DNA of 64,000 nucleotides from Camelus ferus. Lineage: Eukaryota. The stretch is taken from NCBI RefSeq assembly GCF_009834535.1, contig NC_045697.1, forward strand, positions 24,802,001 through 24,866,000, given 5' to 3'. Both the position numbers and the translations under genes were made by a program. Position 1 is the stretch's first letter. Every line of letters starts with the position of its first letter. Positions 38,946-50,958 of the stretch are shown here, one piece after another. Below the pieces are notes generated by a model that ran no database searches, was not told the DNA's origin, and saw nothing but the letters and a program-made list of their open reading frames with translations.

Positions 38946-39421
38946 AATACGTTTCAAGTATTCAATGACTAAATTGTGTACTGAGCAATAGGGGTATATG
39001 GGAAATGCTGTGGGCAGCTTACACCAAGTCCATGCTCCTTTCCTTACTTTGTGTTGCTCCCAACAACTAAAAATATGTTTACTAACCCACTAACTAGAAC
39101 TAGCCCACTGCCCAAAGTAAATTTGGATTTATGGAAAAATCAAAGTGACTTAATTATTTTAAATAAAAATAAAATAAAAATGGTATAGACTTAAAAACTA
39201 GCTCTACCCTAGAATACTGCATAGCCCTGAATTATTTGTTATAAATATTTTAAAAAGAAATAATTTTTAAAAGCCAACATGAATATTTAGAAGATACAAC
39301 ATCTCTCAAGGAAAATGGATAAATAGAACAATAATGAATTAAGAACTTAATCAGCTTTAGTGTAGCAAATAAAGGAATTAATGACTAAACCTTACAGCTA
39401 GCTTTGGCCAACACTGCTAGC

Positions 39422-39870
39422 TGTTGCCAGTATTGTCTTTCTCCCTTCTTTTTAATAATAAAATAATTATTTTTAGCTGGGTATATGACAGTGCCACTTG
39501 CAATAGGGTTTGCACTTCCTGGCTTCTGTAACAGATTTTTGGGTATGTGACTAGGTTCTGGACAACAGGATGAGGTAACCTGTGTGCAACTTCCATTAAA
39601 CACCTTTAACAGGCAGATGAAAAACCCTCCTGCTGTTTATAAAGTGGATGTTGTGTCTAAGGCTTAAGAGGTTATTCTTGCCCAAAAGGCAGAGAATGAA
39701 AGTGTGATTACATACATCACAAAATCAGTCTCCTGTGATGGTGCGGTCGCTGTTACAACCTCGAAGTGCTCGTGGCCCAGTGTCGTCTATGAGAGAGAAA
39801 CTCATCGCTCTTTTCCTTTAGCCACTGTTACGTTAAGTTTCTTGCCTCTGAAACTAAAGAATCAAAACAG
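39422..39870 (+). mobile_element. MLT1J/K-like MaLR LTR
   Basis: ttttagctggg...atgtgactaggttctggacaac...atgagagagaaa...ttagccactgtta. Confidence 0.65.
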
Positions 39871-40259
39871 TTAAATAAAATGAAAAGGACAAGTGGGCCA
39901 AATTATAAATTAGACATGAAAATGAGATATTATTTATACATACAAAGAAAAAATTCAAAATATTACCAGAAAAAAAGTTTATCAGTAGGTTACTACTACA
40001 CTTAAATATTTGCAAAAATTTCATTGTTTCCTAAAAAAAAAAAAAGGGAATCTAAATTAACCAGTAATGATGATGATAATGATGATTGTAGTGCTAAAAT
40101 GAATTCTAATAATAATAAAATTAAAGATATATTATTGTTAAATATGAATTGTTTTAAAAAGTTCCATGACACTAAATGATGAAAATTACCCAAAATATAT
40201 TATGAAGCAAAACCGTGTTTTCTTTAAGAATACTAATGTGAATCATCATCGTCATCAAT

Positions 40260-40500
40260 ACGTATAATGCGTAGGGTCTCCTAGAGTGTTGTTAAATAGC
40301 ATTGCATTATTTAGTCCTTTGTAAACACTAGAAGGCATTTGTCTTTATCCTTATTTGATAATGGGACATTTTTGACTTAGAAATATTAAAAGATTTATCC
40401 AAAGTCATAAAAGTGGAAATTGACATGGTTGTGATTAGAATCCTGTATTTTTTTTTATCTGACTCTGAAGCATATATTCTTATCTACCACATGCACTATT
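40260..40500 (-). mobile_element. MIR
   Basis: gacttagaaatattaaaagatttatccaaagtcata...tctgactctgaagc. Confidence 0.6.
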
Positions 40501-41371
40501 CCTCTCAAAGTTTTTCAAAATAGTCTAATTTTTAGGAATGCTCATAGATGTTACTTGAGGGGGAAAAGTTCAGCAGTAGAAGTTTGGTAAGTAATGATTA
40601 ATCAAAGTTAATTTTCTCTAGGCAAGTTTTCTTAGAATTATTAATATGCTAATATAATTTTGGACTTTTCAAGACATAGGCTATAATGCTAGTGTTCTCA
40701 AACATATTTTGTTCATTAAATAGTTTTGAAAGTATATTTGGTAAACCTGTGTTCTGCATAACTGAATTTGGAGTATTGCTATCGAATACTCACAGGCATC
40801 ACTAGACAAGTAAAATTTGTACAAGGCATTAACTTTTACATATTAAATCAATAACCGTGTTCAGAAAAGGCTCTGCATGGATTTTCCTTTCAAGGTCTTA
40901 GTCTTCAGTTCTGGTTTCAGTTTATCCCTCTATGCTTATCTTTTTTCTGCAATCAATTTTCCAAACTTCAAAACTAGCTTTCTCCTATGTCTGTTAACTT
41001 CAGGAATGTAATCATTCAGATTATCCTTCTGCCTACAACATCGGTTCCTCTCAACAAAGGTTAGAATCCTAAAATAGTCTAATATACTAACACCTTGTTG
41101 AGTTCTCTTTGTCTTCTATTTTGGTTAGGGGTTGGTTTGACTCTACAGAATAATATACAATATTGAAAGTTTTATATCTTTCTTTGTAATATATTTAGTT
41201 TATTATTTTTCTTATAATACTGCATAATGTTTGACATTTAGTGTCAAATTGTAGACTTGTCCCTTATGTTATTATTATTAAAATAATTATTTCTATTATT
41301 ATTATGAGATACATTGGCTATATAAAAGGATATAAAATATATTAAGAACATCTATTGATAAAGCACCTTGT

Positions 41372-41435
41372 GCTCTACACTGGAATTTGACACAACATTG
41401 TAAAATGATTATAAATCAATAAAAAAGGTTAAAAA
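41372..41435 (+). mobile_element. 64-bp 3' terminus of a young camelid L1
   Basis: Perfect 12-bp TSD aaagcaccttgt (41360-41371 and 41436-41447). About 3 substitutions versus the end of the 20568-20797 copy. Confidence 0.9.
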
Positions 41436-41849
41436 AAAGCACCTTGTTTAAGAAATAAAATATTATAAATATATAAATATAAATCTAGTTTTATAGAAGT
41501 TCATAAGGCTGTATAGCACCACAGGAAGTCACTAGAGAAAATTCTGGGAAAACTTTAGATGTACTTTATAATCTATAGAGGTAAGGGCTGGCATAAAGAT
41601 ATGCAGTGGGACATGTTGGGAGAAAATACATTTTAAAATACTTTTGTCACCTTTGTAGATCAACTGCTTTCAAAAGAATCTGCTCTGGGAGAATTAACAT
41701 TTATCTTCATCATCAATATTATATTCAAATACTTACTATCTGCTAAGCATTTTGCTAAGCTTAAATTGCCATAAATTGTCACAATTAATTTTCCAAATAG
41801 TCTTATGAAGCAAATACTGACATTTTGGCAATCACATAGAGAAACAGGC

Positions 41850-41937
41850 TGTGATGGTTACTTTTATATGTCAACGTGGCTAGGCCACTTTGCCCAGGTA
41901 TTTGGTCAAATATTATTCTGGATGTTTCTACAAAGGT

Positions 41938-41973
<36 letters not shown>

Positions 41974-42310
41974 TGAGATGTACATTTAAATTAGTGGACT
42001 TTGACTAAAGTAGATTACCCTCCATAATGTGCAGGGGCCTCATCCAGTCAGTTGAAGGCTGGCAGACTGCCATTAGACTCTGACTGCAATTCTTCCCTGA
42101 GTCTACAACCTGACAGCCTATCCTGCAGATTCAGGATTTACCAAGCCTCCATAATCCTGTGAGCCAATTCCTTAGAATCTCTCTCTCTCTCTCTCCCTCC
42201 CCCCCCCTCTCAAGATAAAGAAAGATGATATATAGATACACATACAGATAGGGATATAGCTAAATACATATCACATCCTGTTCCATTTCTCTGGAGAACC
42301 CTGACTTACA
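41850..42310 (+). mobile_element. MLT2B-like ERVL solo LTR containing (GTT)n at 41940-41972
   Basis: tgtgatggttacttttatatgtcaac...agattaccctccataatgtg...tttctctggagaaccctgacttaca. Confidence 0.9.
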
Positions 42311-43419
42311 GGACTAAAAATTCCTTACTGAAGGACACATACCTAGCAAATCGTAGAACAAGATTTCAAATAAGGACTCTTCATATGTCTCTTAAGTAGT
42401 AATTCAGAAGATACACTCCCAAGGTTAGAGCCACAGAGTTCAAAAACTTTCAGGATGGGTAAGATAATTTTGTCTATACAATTGTTGGCCTGATAGTTAC
42501 AGTTCTGCCCTGTTCCACCAATCAGTATGCACCGGTGTGTTGTAATACTTTATTTAGAACTTCTGCTTTAACCAGTGACAAATATTCTTTCTGTATTTCT
42601 TAGGAAGTAAGTTAGAAAATAATACCGATTATTTACAAATGTTACTACTATCAAAGGCATACAGATTTATTTGGTTATGAATATTATTCATTTATAAAAT
42701 AAGTCTAGAAAATTTAAATGGTTATACAGAAGACTTTAAGACTTAAACCTTCAGCAGAACATGAGTGTATCTGAATTAGCAAACTGGAGATGGACAGTGA
42801 GACAACACAAGGCACAGATTTGCCATTATTACCTTAAAACTGACCAATATACATAGTCCCCTGTGATTCCACAATCATCCAGCAGCGTCCACTAAAGATT
42901 CAAAAGACTCTGAGCAGGCTCTGCTTTTACGTGGTTTACTCACTAGAGAGGGCTTGCCTCCAAATGAAGTTCATCACCAGTTTCAAAGCAGATCAAGATG
43001 GCCGAATTTCAGAGAGATGTCTTTCTGGCTTATCCACATGCTGGCTTCCTTCTCTCTGCCCATGTTCACTTCCATCTCCTCTTGGCTCTCTCTTCCCCTG
43101 TAATTATCGTGCACTGGTTTCTGAACACCCCTACCTCCATTTTAATTTAATAATTTTCTCTTCGTGTTTTATATTTGAGCTTCTTCTTCCAGGAGATAAT
43201 AGGAATTGGAATCCAGGTATTCATTCCAGCCCCTGGGAATTTTGGTTGATGCATCATTTTCCAAACATACTATTGAACTGTTTTTTTACTTTAATATTGC
43301 ATGTGAACATCTTGCACACAATATATTATCTTCTTGCTGCACCGCATCTTTTTCTTGAAATTGGTAGTTTTTTAAGTAGTTGAAAGTCAGTGTGATCCAT
43401 TCTGTTATTTTTTCAGCAA

Positions 43420-43725
43420 ATATTTACACTGCTATTGTCTTGCTCTGCGGAAAAAGTATGATCTCCTTCCCTGTTAATAATGGACACATTGCTTGCTTTA
43501 GCTAAAAGCATGTGATAGAAGTGATAAACCTCGTGCTCTAGCAGATGACTTACATGTGCTGGAGGAGTTGCCTTGGACACCCCCAGCCCTGTCATCCACC
43601 ACGAAACATCCTGTGTGCCAAGATGACCTGTGGGAAACACTGCAACTGACCTACAGAGCCAGAAATAAAGGTTTGTTGTTGGAAGTGACTGAGATATTAA
43701 AGTTGTTTTTAATATAGCACTAATA
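43420..43725 (+). mobile_element. MLT1I/J-like LTR
   Basis: cttgctttagctaa...gagccagaaataaaggtttgttgttggaagtgactgagat. Confidence 0.55.
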
Positions 43726-45943
43726 TCATAAAGTATAAGAGGTTCAGACATCCTGGCTTTGATTCTCAGCAACGCTTATTATTGCCGTGTGAACATCAAG
43801 TGAATTAATGAAAAGCTCTTTGAACAAGAAACTTCTGGTGAAAAGAACTCATGTCAATGAGTGGGTATCAAGCACGCCATGCGGGATATGGCTTTTTATT
43901 CTTGAATGTCATCTTTGCTTCTTTCCAGTGTAACACTAAGCTTTACGTTCTATGCAGGCAGATAATTCATTATTTAAGCATTGTTATCTCTTCAGATACT
44001 GCCCTTCCTTCAAACATTATTCATGATCCAAACATTCTGAAGTACTTCTAGTTTACCATTTCTTTCCCATGTTTCTTTACTATGGAAATCCCAATCTTAA
44101 TTTCTGATCATCCTCATCAAGCTACTTCTTCCTGACATTCATAATGCAGCTGAAATAGCAACTCCTTGGGGGAGGATTTTGGGGCCTATACTTAACTAGA
44201 TACCCTGTGCCAACAAATCATTTTTACATCATTTTTCTTTCTCTCTTAATTGGCCAGTAACTCCTAGAGATGAGAAGTAATGGCATATTTCACTGTGTAG
44301 CTGCCACATTGTAAGTGCTCAATAAATATGGATATATGACTGCTGTTTCTCTGCTCTCTGATAATCTCTAATTTTTGTTTCTTTTGATTCTAGACAGATT
44401 TTTCCATTTATGAAGCTGAAGTAGATGCTTGTGTGAACGACTGAGCTATCATATGTAACATATCTTTATTTAATTTCATGAAAGTATTTCAGGCAAAAAA
44501 AAAAAAATCCAACAAACTAAAATACTGGGCTAGGGGAGTTAAAGAAATATGATGATATACTCATATGGAGAAATAGGTTGATTCATTTACAGACTGAATA
44601 TTATAATTACTTGTTAAATCCCTGGAAGTCACAGAATAAACGGAAACAGGATATGGGTCTAATTAGAGAATGAAAGGAAAAAAATTATATACTTATAAAA
44701 AGAACAATTTTTTTGATGGTAGTTTCAAACAAGTTTTCATACTGCATATAGAACTAAAACATAGGTATAATTCTCAGAAGAGATTTTGAGAAAATAATAA
44801 TAGGTTTTATTTGGTCTTTTCTTACTTAAGTCCTTAACAAAAGCCAAAAACATGATATAAAGATTAACTATAGTTCTCACTTCCACTGTCTATGATTCCT
44901 AGAGAATAGGGTTTATGCTTTTTTCATTTTAGTTTCCCTCAAGCCAGGTATTGTCCCACATCATATAAGAAACAAATTTAACTAAAACCCTTTGGCCCTT
45001 TAACTCTTTTGTTAATAGTTAAGTGAATACAAGTTAGCTATAAAATTTCATGATTTACACATATTGGTAAAATTTATATAAAACATGTTATATATGTTAC
45101 GTAATACATTATACTACAATATATACTTTAAAAAAATCACATATATAGTTACGTTTTCCCTCTTATAATTTTTTCCATTTTATCTTTTATTGCTCTGGAG
45201 TGAAGATATTTTAAGTTTTTACAGTTTTTATTAAAGAGTTCCCCTATATTTTAAACAACAGGAATGCACATCACAAACTTGAGATTATACAATTAAAGTA
45301 ATAATAAATTTTTCATTTCATTCATTGCATTCAATTTTTCATTAAGAAACCCACATCTTCTATAAGTTTTGGCAGAAATTTATTGCTAGTCCAAATTTCA
45401 AAATTTTTGTAATAATTAGGCAAATTGATGTTAAAGTATATAAGGAATATTTTAAGTGCTATCATATGGAATTTTTAAATTAATGAGATTAACATTCACA
45501 GTATTAAAGTGATATAAATGAAATTCCATATTAAAAGTTAGAAAATCTAAATTTTGAGTCATTTGCCAGGGGCTATAGAACACATTTTTCTGGCATTAAC
45601 CATGATCAGTGTGCTTAACACATCCTAACCACTCTCAAGAATTTATTGTCAAATAACCTGATAAGCAAATTATCACAGCATTTGAACAGGATGTAATGCT
45701 CTTTCTAGGTCTCTCAGAAAATAAGTCAAGGGATAGTTCATAAGGAAGTAAGTCATTTGAAGGTTTTTGCAATTGTTATCTTTCATGTCACATTAAAGAG
45801 AAACTACTTAAAAAGTACTTACTATTTAGCATGTTTTGGAATGCTCTAAGACTAGGGGAAGTGCAAAAGTTTTTATAGTTTATACATTAATAATGTCCTT
45901 AAAAAATTATCATTCATTTAATATAGCTGTTCATTTACCTTTG

Positions 45944-47099
45944 TCAGAGAGGAAATAAAACTTTCCACTACCCTTCTAGGTTCTTCTGGTTAGTGTAAAA
46001 ATTAAACTGACATGACACTATATGCAGTTAACATGATATTCTATATAAAAAACCCTAAGGACTCTACACAAAACCTACTCAAACTGATAAGTGAATTTAG
46101 CAAAGCAGCAGGATACAAGATTAATACACAGAACTGTGTTGCATTTCTTTACACTAACAATGAAATATCAGAAAGATAAAGTAAAAAAAAAAATCACATT
46201 TAAAATCCACCAAAAAGAAAATACCTAGGAATAAACCTAACCTAGGAGGTGAAAGACTTATACACAGAGAGCTACAAAACATTGATAAAGGAAATTAAAG
46301 ATAATTCAAGGAAATGGAAAGCTATCTCATGCTCTTGGATTGAAATAATTAATATTGTTAAAATGGCCACAATACCCAAAGCAATCTAGATTTGATGAGA
46401 TACTTATCAAATTACCCAGAACATTTTTCACAGAACTAGAACAAATAATCCTAAAATTTATATGGAACCACAAAAGACTGAGAATTTCCAAAGCAATCCC
46501 AAGGAAAAAGAACAAAGCTGGAGGCATAACCCTTCCAGACGTCAGACAATACTGTAAAGCTACAGTAATCAAAACAGCATGACATTGGCACAAAAACAGA
46601 CATACAGATCAATGGAACAGAATAGATAGCCCAGAAATAAACCCATACATCTACTGTAAATTAATCTTTGAGAAAAGAGGCAAGAATATACAATGAAGAA
46701 AAGACAGTCTCTTCACCAAGTAGTGTTAAGAAAGCTGGACAGCTGCATGTAAATCAGTGAAGAACACTTCCTCACACAAAATACAAAAAGAAACTCAAAA
46801 TAGTGTAAAGACTTAAATGTAAGATATGACACCATAAAACTCCTAGAAGAGAATATATGCAAAACATTCTCTGACATAAATTGTAGCAATACTTTCTTAA
46901 ATCAGTTTCCAAGGCAATAGAAATAAAAGCCAAAATAAACAAATGGGACCTAATCAAGCTTATAAGTTTATGCACAGCAAAGGAAACCATAAACAAAACA
47001 AAAAGACAACCTATAGATTGGCAGAAAATATTTGCAAATAATGCAACTGACAAGAACTTAATTTCCAAAATATACAAATAGCTCATACAACTCAATATC

Positions 47100-47144
<45 letters not shown>

Positions 47145-48367
47145 CTCAAGCAAAGAAATGGGTAGAAAGCCTAAATAGACATTTCTTCAAAGAAGACATC
47201 CAGATGCCAATAGGCATATGAAAAGATGCTCAACGTTGCTAATTATTAGAGAAATGCAAATCAAAACCAGTGAGGTATCACTTCATACTGATCAGAATGG
47301 CCATCATCAAAAAATCCACAAATAAAAAATGCTGGAGAGGGTGTGGGGAAAGAGAACCCTGTTACACTGTTGGGGGGAATGTAAATTGACAGCCACTATG
47401 GAAAAGAGGATGGAAGTTCCTTAAAAAACTAAAAATAAGAGCTACCATATGATCCAGCAATCTCACTCCTGGGCATATATCCAGAAAAGATGAAAACTCT
47501 AATTGGAAAAGATACAGGCACTCCAAATGTTCATAGCAGCACTATTTACAATAGCCAGGAAATGGAAGCAATCTAAGTATCCATCAACAGATGAACAGAT
47601 AAAGAAAATGTGGTATATGTATGCAATGGAATATTACTCAGCCATAAAAAATACTGAAGTATTGCCATCTGCAGCAACATGAATGGACCTAGAGATTATC
47701 ATACCAAGGGAGGTCAGTCATACAAAGACAAATATTACATGGTATCACTTATATGTGGAATCTAAAAAAAGAAAAATATGTGTATATAAAACATCAAATC
47801 ACCTTTCTGTACACCTGAAACTAACACAATATTGTAAATCAACTATACTTCAACAACAACAAAAAATTAAAAATACAAGTACTTTATTGCTAAAAAATGC
47901 TAACCATAAAAAAAGGAATTATGTCAAGACAGAGTAACAGAAGAAAATCAAAATTAATTTTATATGTACAAGAAGCCCACATACATGGGACACCAGAAAC
48001 CCCATATACATGAGAGATTCAAAAATACAAAGGTAAAATGAGGTATATATGCCATCCTGAACTAAAGAATTGGGTAGGGGACTGGGGCTTCCAAGGACAA
48101 AAGAGTCATTCACAGGATGATTGGAAGAAGAGCAAACGTTTGATAATTACATATATGCCTTACCATATAGATGGAGCCACCTAGGTAAAATTTATCTGTG
48201 GTAACAACTCTTTTTCTGGGAAAAATGCTCAATTTAAATTCTTCTAGGTAGTTAAGGGAGTTGGCAGCTGTTTCTCTTGAGTCTCCAGGGCCTCCATTGC
48301 CTTCAGCTCAAAATACTCCATATGCCAAAGCAACACATCTTGGGGAGACCTGCTCTGAACCCCTATA
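45944..48367 (-). mobile_element. ERV1 (MER41-like) solo LTR, split by an L1
   Basis: Left piece tgtcagagaggaaataaaac...aattaaactgaca. Right piece from ~47920 ends cttcagctcaaaatactccatatgccaaag...tctgaacccctata. Confidence 0.7.
46017..47915 (+). mobile_element. 5'-truncated L1 (ORF2 from the RT catalytic region to the 3' end), with (AAT)n at 47100-47143
   Basis: tatgcagttaacatgata (degenerate FADDMI). Peptide [42 protein letters not shown] (46355-46582). Frameshifts and stop codons present. Confidence 0.95.
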
Positions 48368-49270
48368 CCTCCCATGGTTGTGCAGGTCTGATCATCAAAA
48401 TGAGTAGCATAGCGTATCTTTAGGGTCAGGCTGTTTTCTACTGCTCCAGTATGTCAGTGGAGGGCATGTAACTGATGAGAAAGCCAGCTGTAGAGACTTG
48501 ACATGAGAGCAGACAAGCCAAGTGTCTGTCATTCAAGAGGAAATTGGTTGAGGGCTAAGAAACTCATTAGGAATTCATGGATATGTTGACTAGTCAAATT
48601 CCTCAAATCGTGTGTATATATATATATACAAATTACAATAAAAGAAGTTATAATAAAATACTGTCATATTTGAAAGGCTGGAAGTAAAATTATGAAACTA
48701 GAGAACAGAGGTCTTTGTTTGAAATCAATTATCACCTAAACTGTCGATGATTCTAATATAAGGGGAATGAATTAGCAGAATCTACATGTTAAGATAATTC
48801 TCCTGAAGCTCTATATTTATATTTAGCAAACATATTTGATCACTAAACTGATCATTTATTCACTGAATGCTGATATTTTGTATCTGATAAAAACAGGTAT
48901 CAAATATAAATCAAACATAGTCTCACGCATAAAACCCAGTCAGGATAGAAATATTATCCAGCAACAAAATCAACTATATTGCAAAGTTAAAAGGGATACG
49001 TCAAACAATACGTTTATTCAAACCTACTATGGGGGTTTAGGAGGAATAGACATATTTACTTCTATGGAAGTCAGTTATCAACAGAATTCCAGTAACATGT
49101 CTGTGCATTCAGTCTTGCTTCACGGATTAAGACAATAGGACTTACAATCTAAGAATGTTGTTCTGGAAACAGATTGGAAGACCTATATATACAGCAAGCA
49201 TGAGTTTCTGTTGATGTTACTGATGGAGACATTCTTTTTAGGCATGGGCAAAACTTAGCTAATAATTGCC

Positions 49271-50958
49271 TGTTGTGGAATGAATCACGTCCTTCCAAAA
49301 TCCATTGTTGAAGCCCCAGTGCTCAATGAGACCATATCTTTAAAGAGATAATTAAAGTTAAAGTTTTAAGGGTTGGGTCCTAATCCAACAGGACTGGAGT
49401 TCTTATAAAAAGAGGAGGCTACTGGACAGCTCTCGCGATCACCTTCAGCTTAGCCTGTCCACCCAAGGATGGCAAAATGCAGCAAGGGTCCCAGGAGAGG
49501 AGGCCAGGATCCCTTGCCTGAGTCTAGACCTCTCTTCTCCCCTGCCCCCTGCCCTCTCCCCCATCTTCCATATGATTCCCGCCAGAGTCAGTGTTTCTAA
49601 TCTGAGGATGGCTCTGCAGAGCAGTCTCTGCAGAGCAGTCTCTGCAAAGGGTCTTGGTCATTTGGAAGGAGGCACAGTGTCCCCTCTGGTCAGAGGTTTC
49701 AGAAAAGGAAGACTGAGGTTTTCTTGTTTTGTTTTTAATGTATTTGCTTGTTTACTGTAAATAATAGAAAGCCTTAATATCTTTTCTGCAACACTGAATA
49801 ATATTTTAATGTAATTTTGTTACTATTATTGTTTTTCGAGTTTGAGACCGAGTACAGTCACCTTTTAGATAAATACATTTTTGAGAAATGTTCCACAGGA
49901 GAAGTTTAGAACTTCAGTAGTTTTTTTTTTGTGTGTGTGTCAGAGGAGCATCAGAAAGTTTTTCTTTGCTAGACTTACTCTTAAAAGCTCAGAATCCTTT
50001 TGTTTTCCCTCTGGCCTTTTAAACATAATAAGGATAAGAGGATCCTCATGGAAAGGAGCATTCTCCTTGTCAAGGCTCCCTGACGATTTGCCCTGGGCTG
50101 GGATTGCCCAGTTGAGGAATATTCAGGAAGGTTCTGAAAACCTCAATGCTCCAGGACAGTGGGTAAAGGATGAGGTGTCTTTGGGAAGCTGATTTAGAAG
50201 CTTAGAAGTGTCCTCCTCAGAGTGTTACCCAAAAGGGAAATGGAAAAGACCCCAATTCTTGTCCTACCTGAAAAGTAAGATTTACAGATGGGAGACAGAG
50301 AGTGCTGTGTAGCAAAATGATTTTAAAAGATCTGTTTAGGAAAAAACAGCACGCCCCAAGAGTGGGAGGCTGATTCAAGGAGGAATCGTGGTGTTGTCTC
50401 CCCTTCCTCTTATCAGTCATTTTGATTGATTGATGGTTCTTGTCCCTGGAGCGCTTAGTCATGTTTAATCTCTTTAAGCACGTCCTTACTCATGGTGACA
50501 GAGAGAAACCCATGGCAGGGGAGGTGTGCCTAAACCACAATGTTAATTATAATACACGGTTAGATCCTTTCTGCTACTGCGCAGTCACTGGGTCTTAACC
50601 GGTTTCTTGCTGGCACTCATTTAGAAGAAGTAAAGCTCGTTTACACTGAAGGCAGGCATAACGCCATCTTCCAGACCATCTTCCCTCTCCTCCACCTAAC
50701 TGCCTGGTGCCCTGACTTTAACTACCTAACAAAAGCAGCTCTGTCTGCCCTCCCAGGGGTGCACAGGCACTGGAGAAAGGCCATGAAAGGACAGAGTCAG
50801 AAGGCAGCCATCTGCAAGCCAAGGACAGAGACCCCAGAAGAAACCAAACCTCCCCACACCTTATCTTGCCCCTCCAGTCTCCAAAATCTCGAGACCATGA
50901 ATTTATATTGTTTAAGCCACCTAATCTTTTGCTATGACAGTGCTGACAGACAAATACA
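49271..50958 (+). mobile_element. MLT1A-like MaLR LTR split by a ~1.3 kb foreign insert
   Basis: 5' half tgttgtggaatgaat...cctaatccaacaggactggagttcttataaaaagagga (to ~49416). 3' half from ~50736: aaggcagccatctgcaagccaagg...tttaagccacc...aataca. Confidence 0.85.
49417..50735. other. Non-repeat sequence inserted in the LTR; possible 3'UTR retrocopy or templated insertion
   Basis: Interrupts two collinear LTR halves. GC- and CpG-richer than its surroundings, with U-rich UTR-like tracts. No clear poly(A) tail or TSD. Confidence 0.5.

Noticed and set aside
42931..43383. Longest ORF in the track (150 aa, + strand)
   Set aside because: GTG start, Leu/Ser/Phe-biased translation of pyrimidine-rich DNA, no domain and no splice support.
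46772..47149. Poly-Leu signal-peptide-like ORF (also poly-Q/poly-V at 41803-42008 and poly-CV at 24882)
   Set aside because: These are translations of microsatellites within antisense L1, MLT2 or (TG)n.
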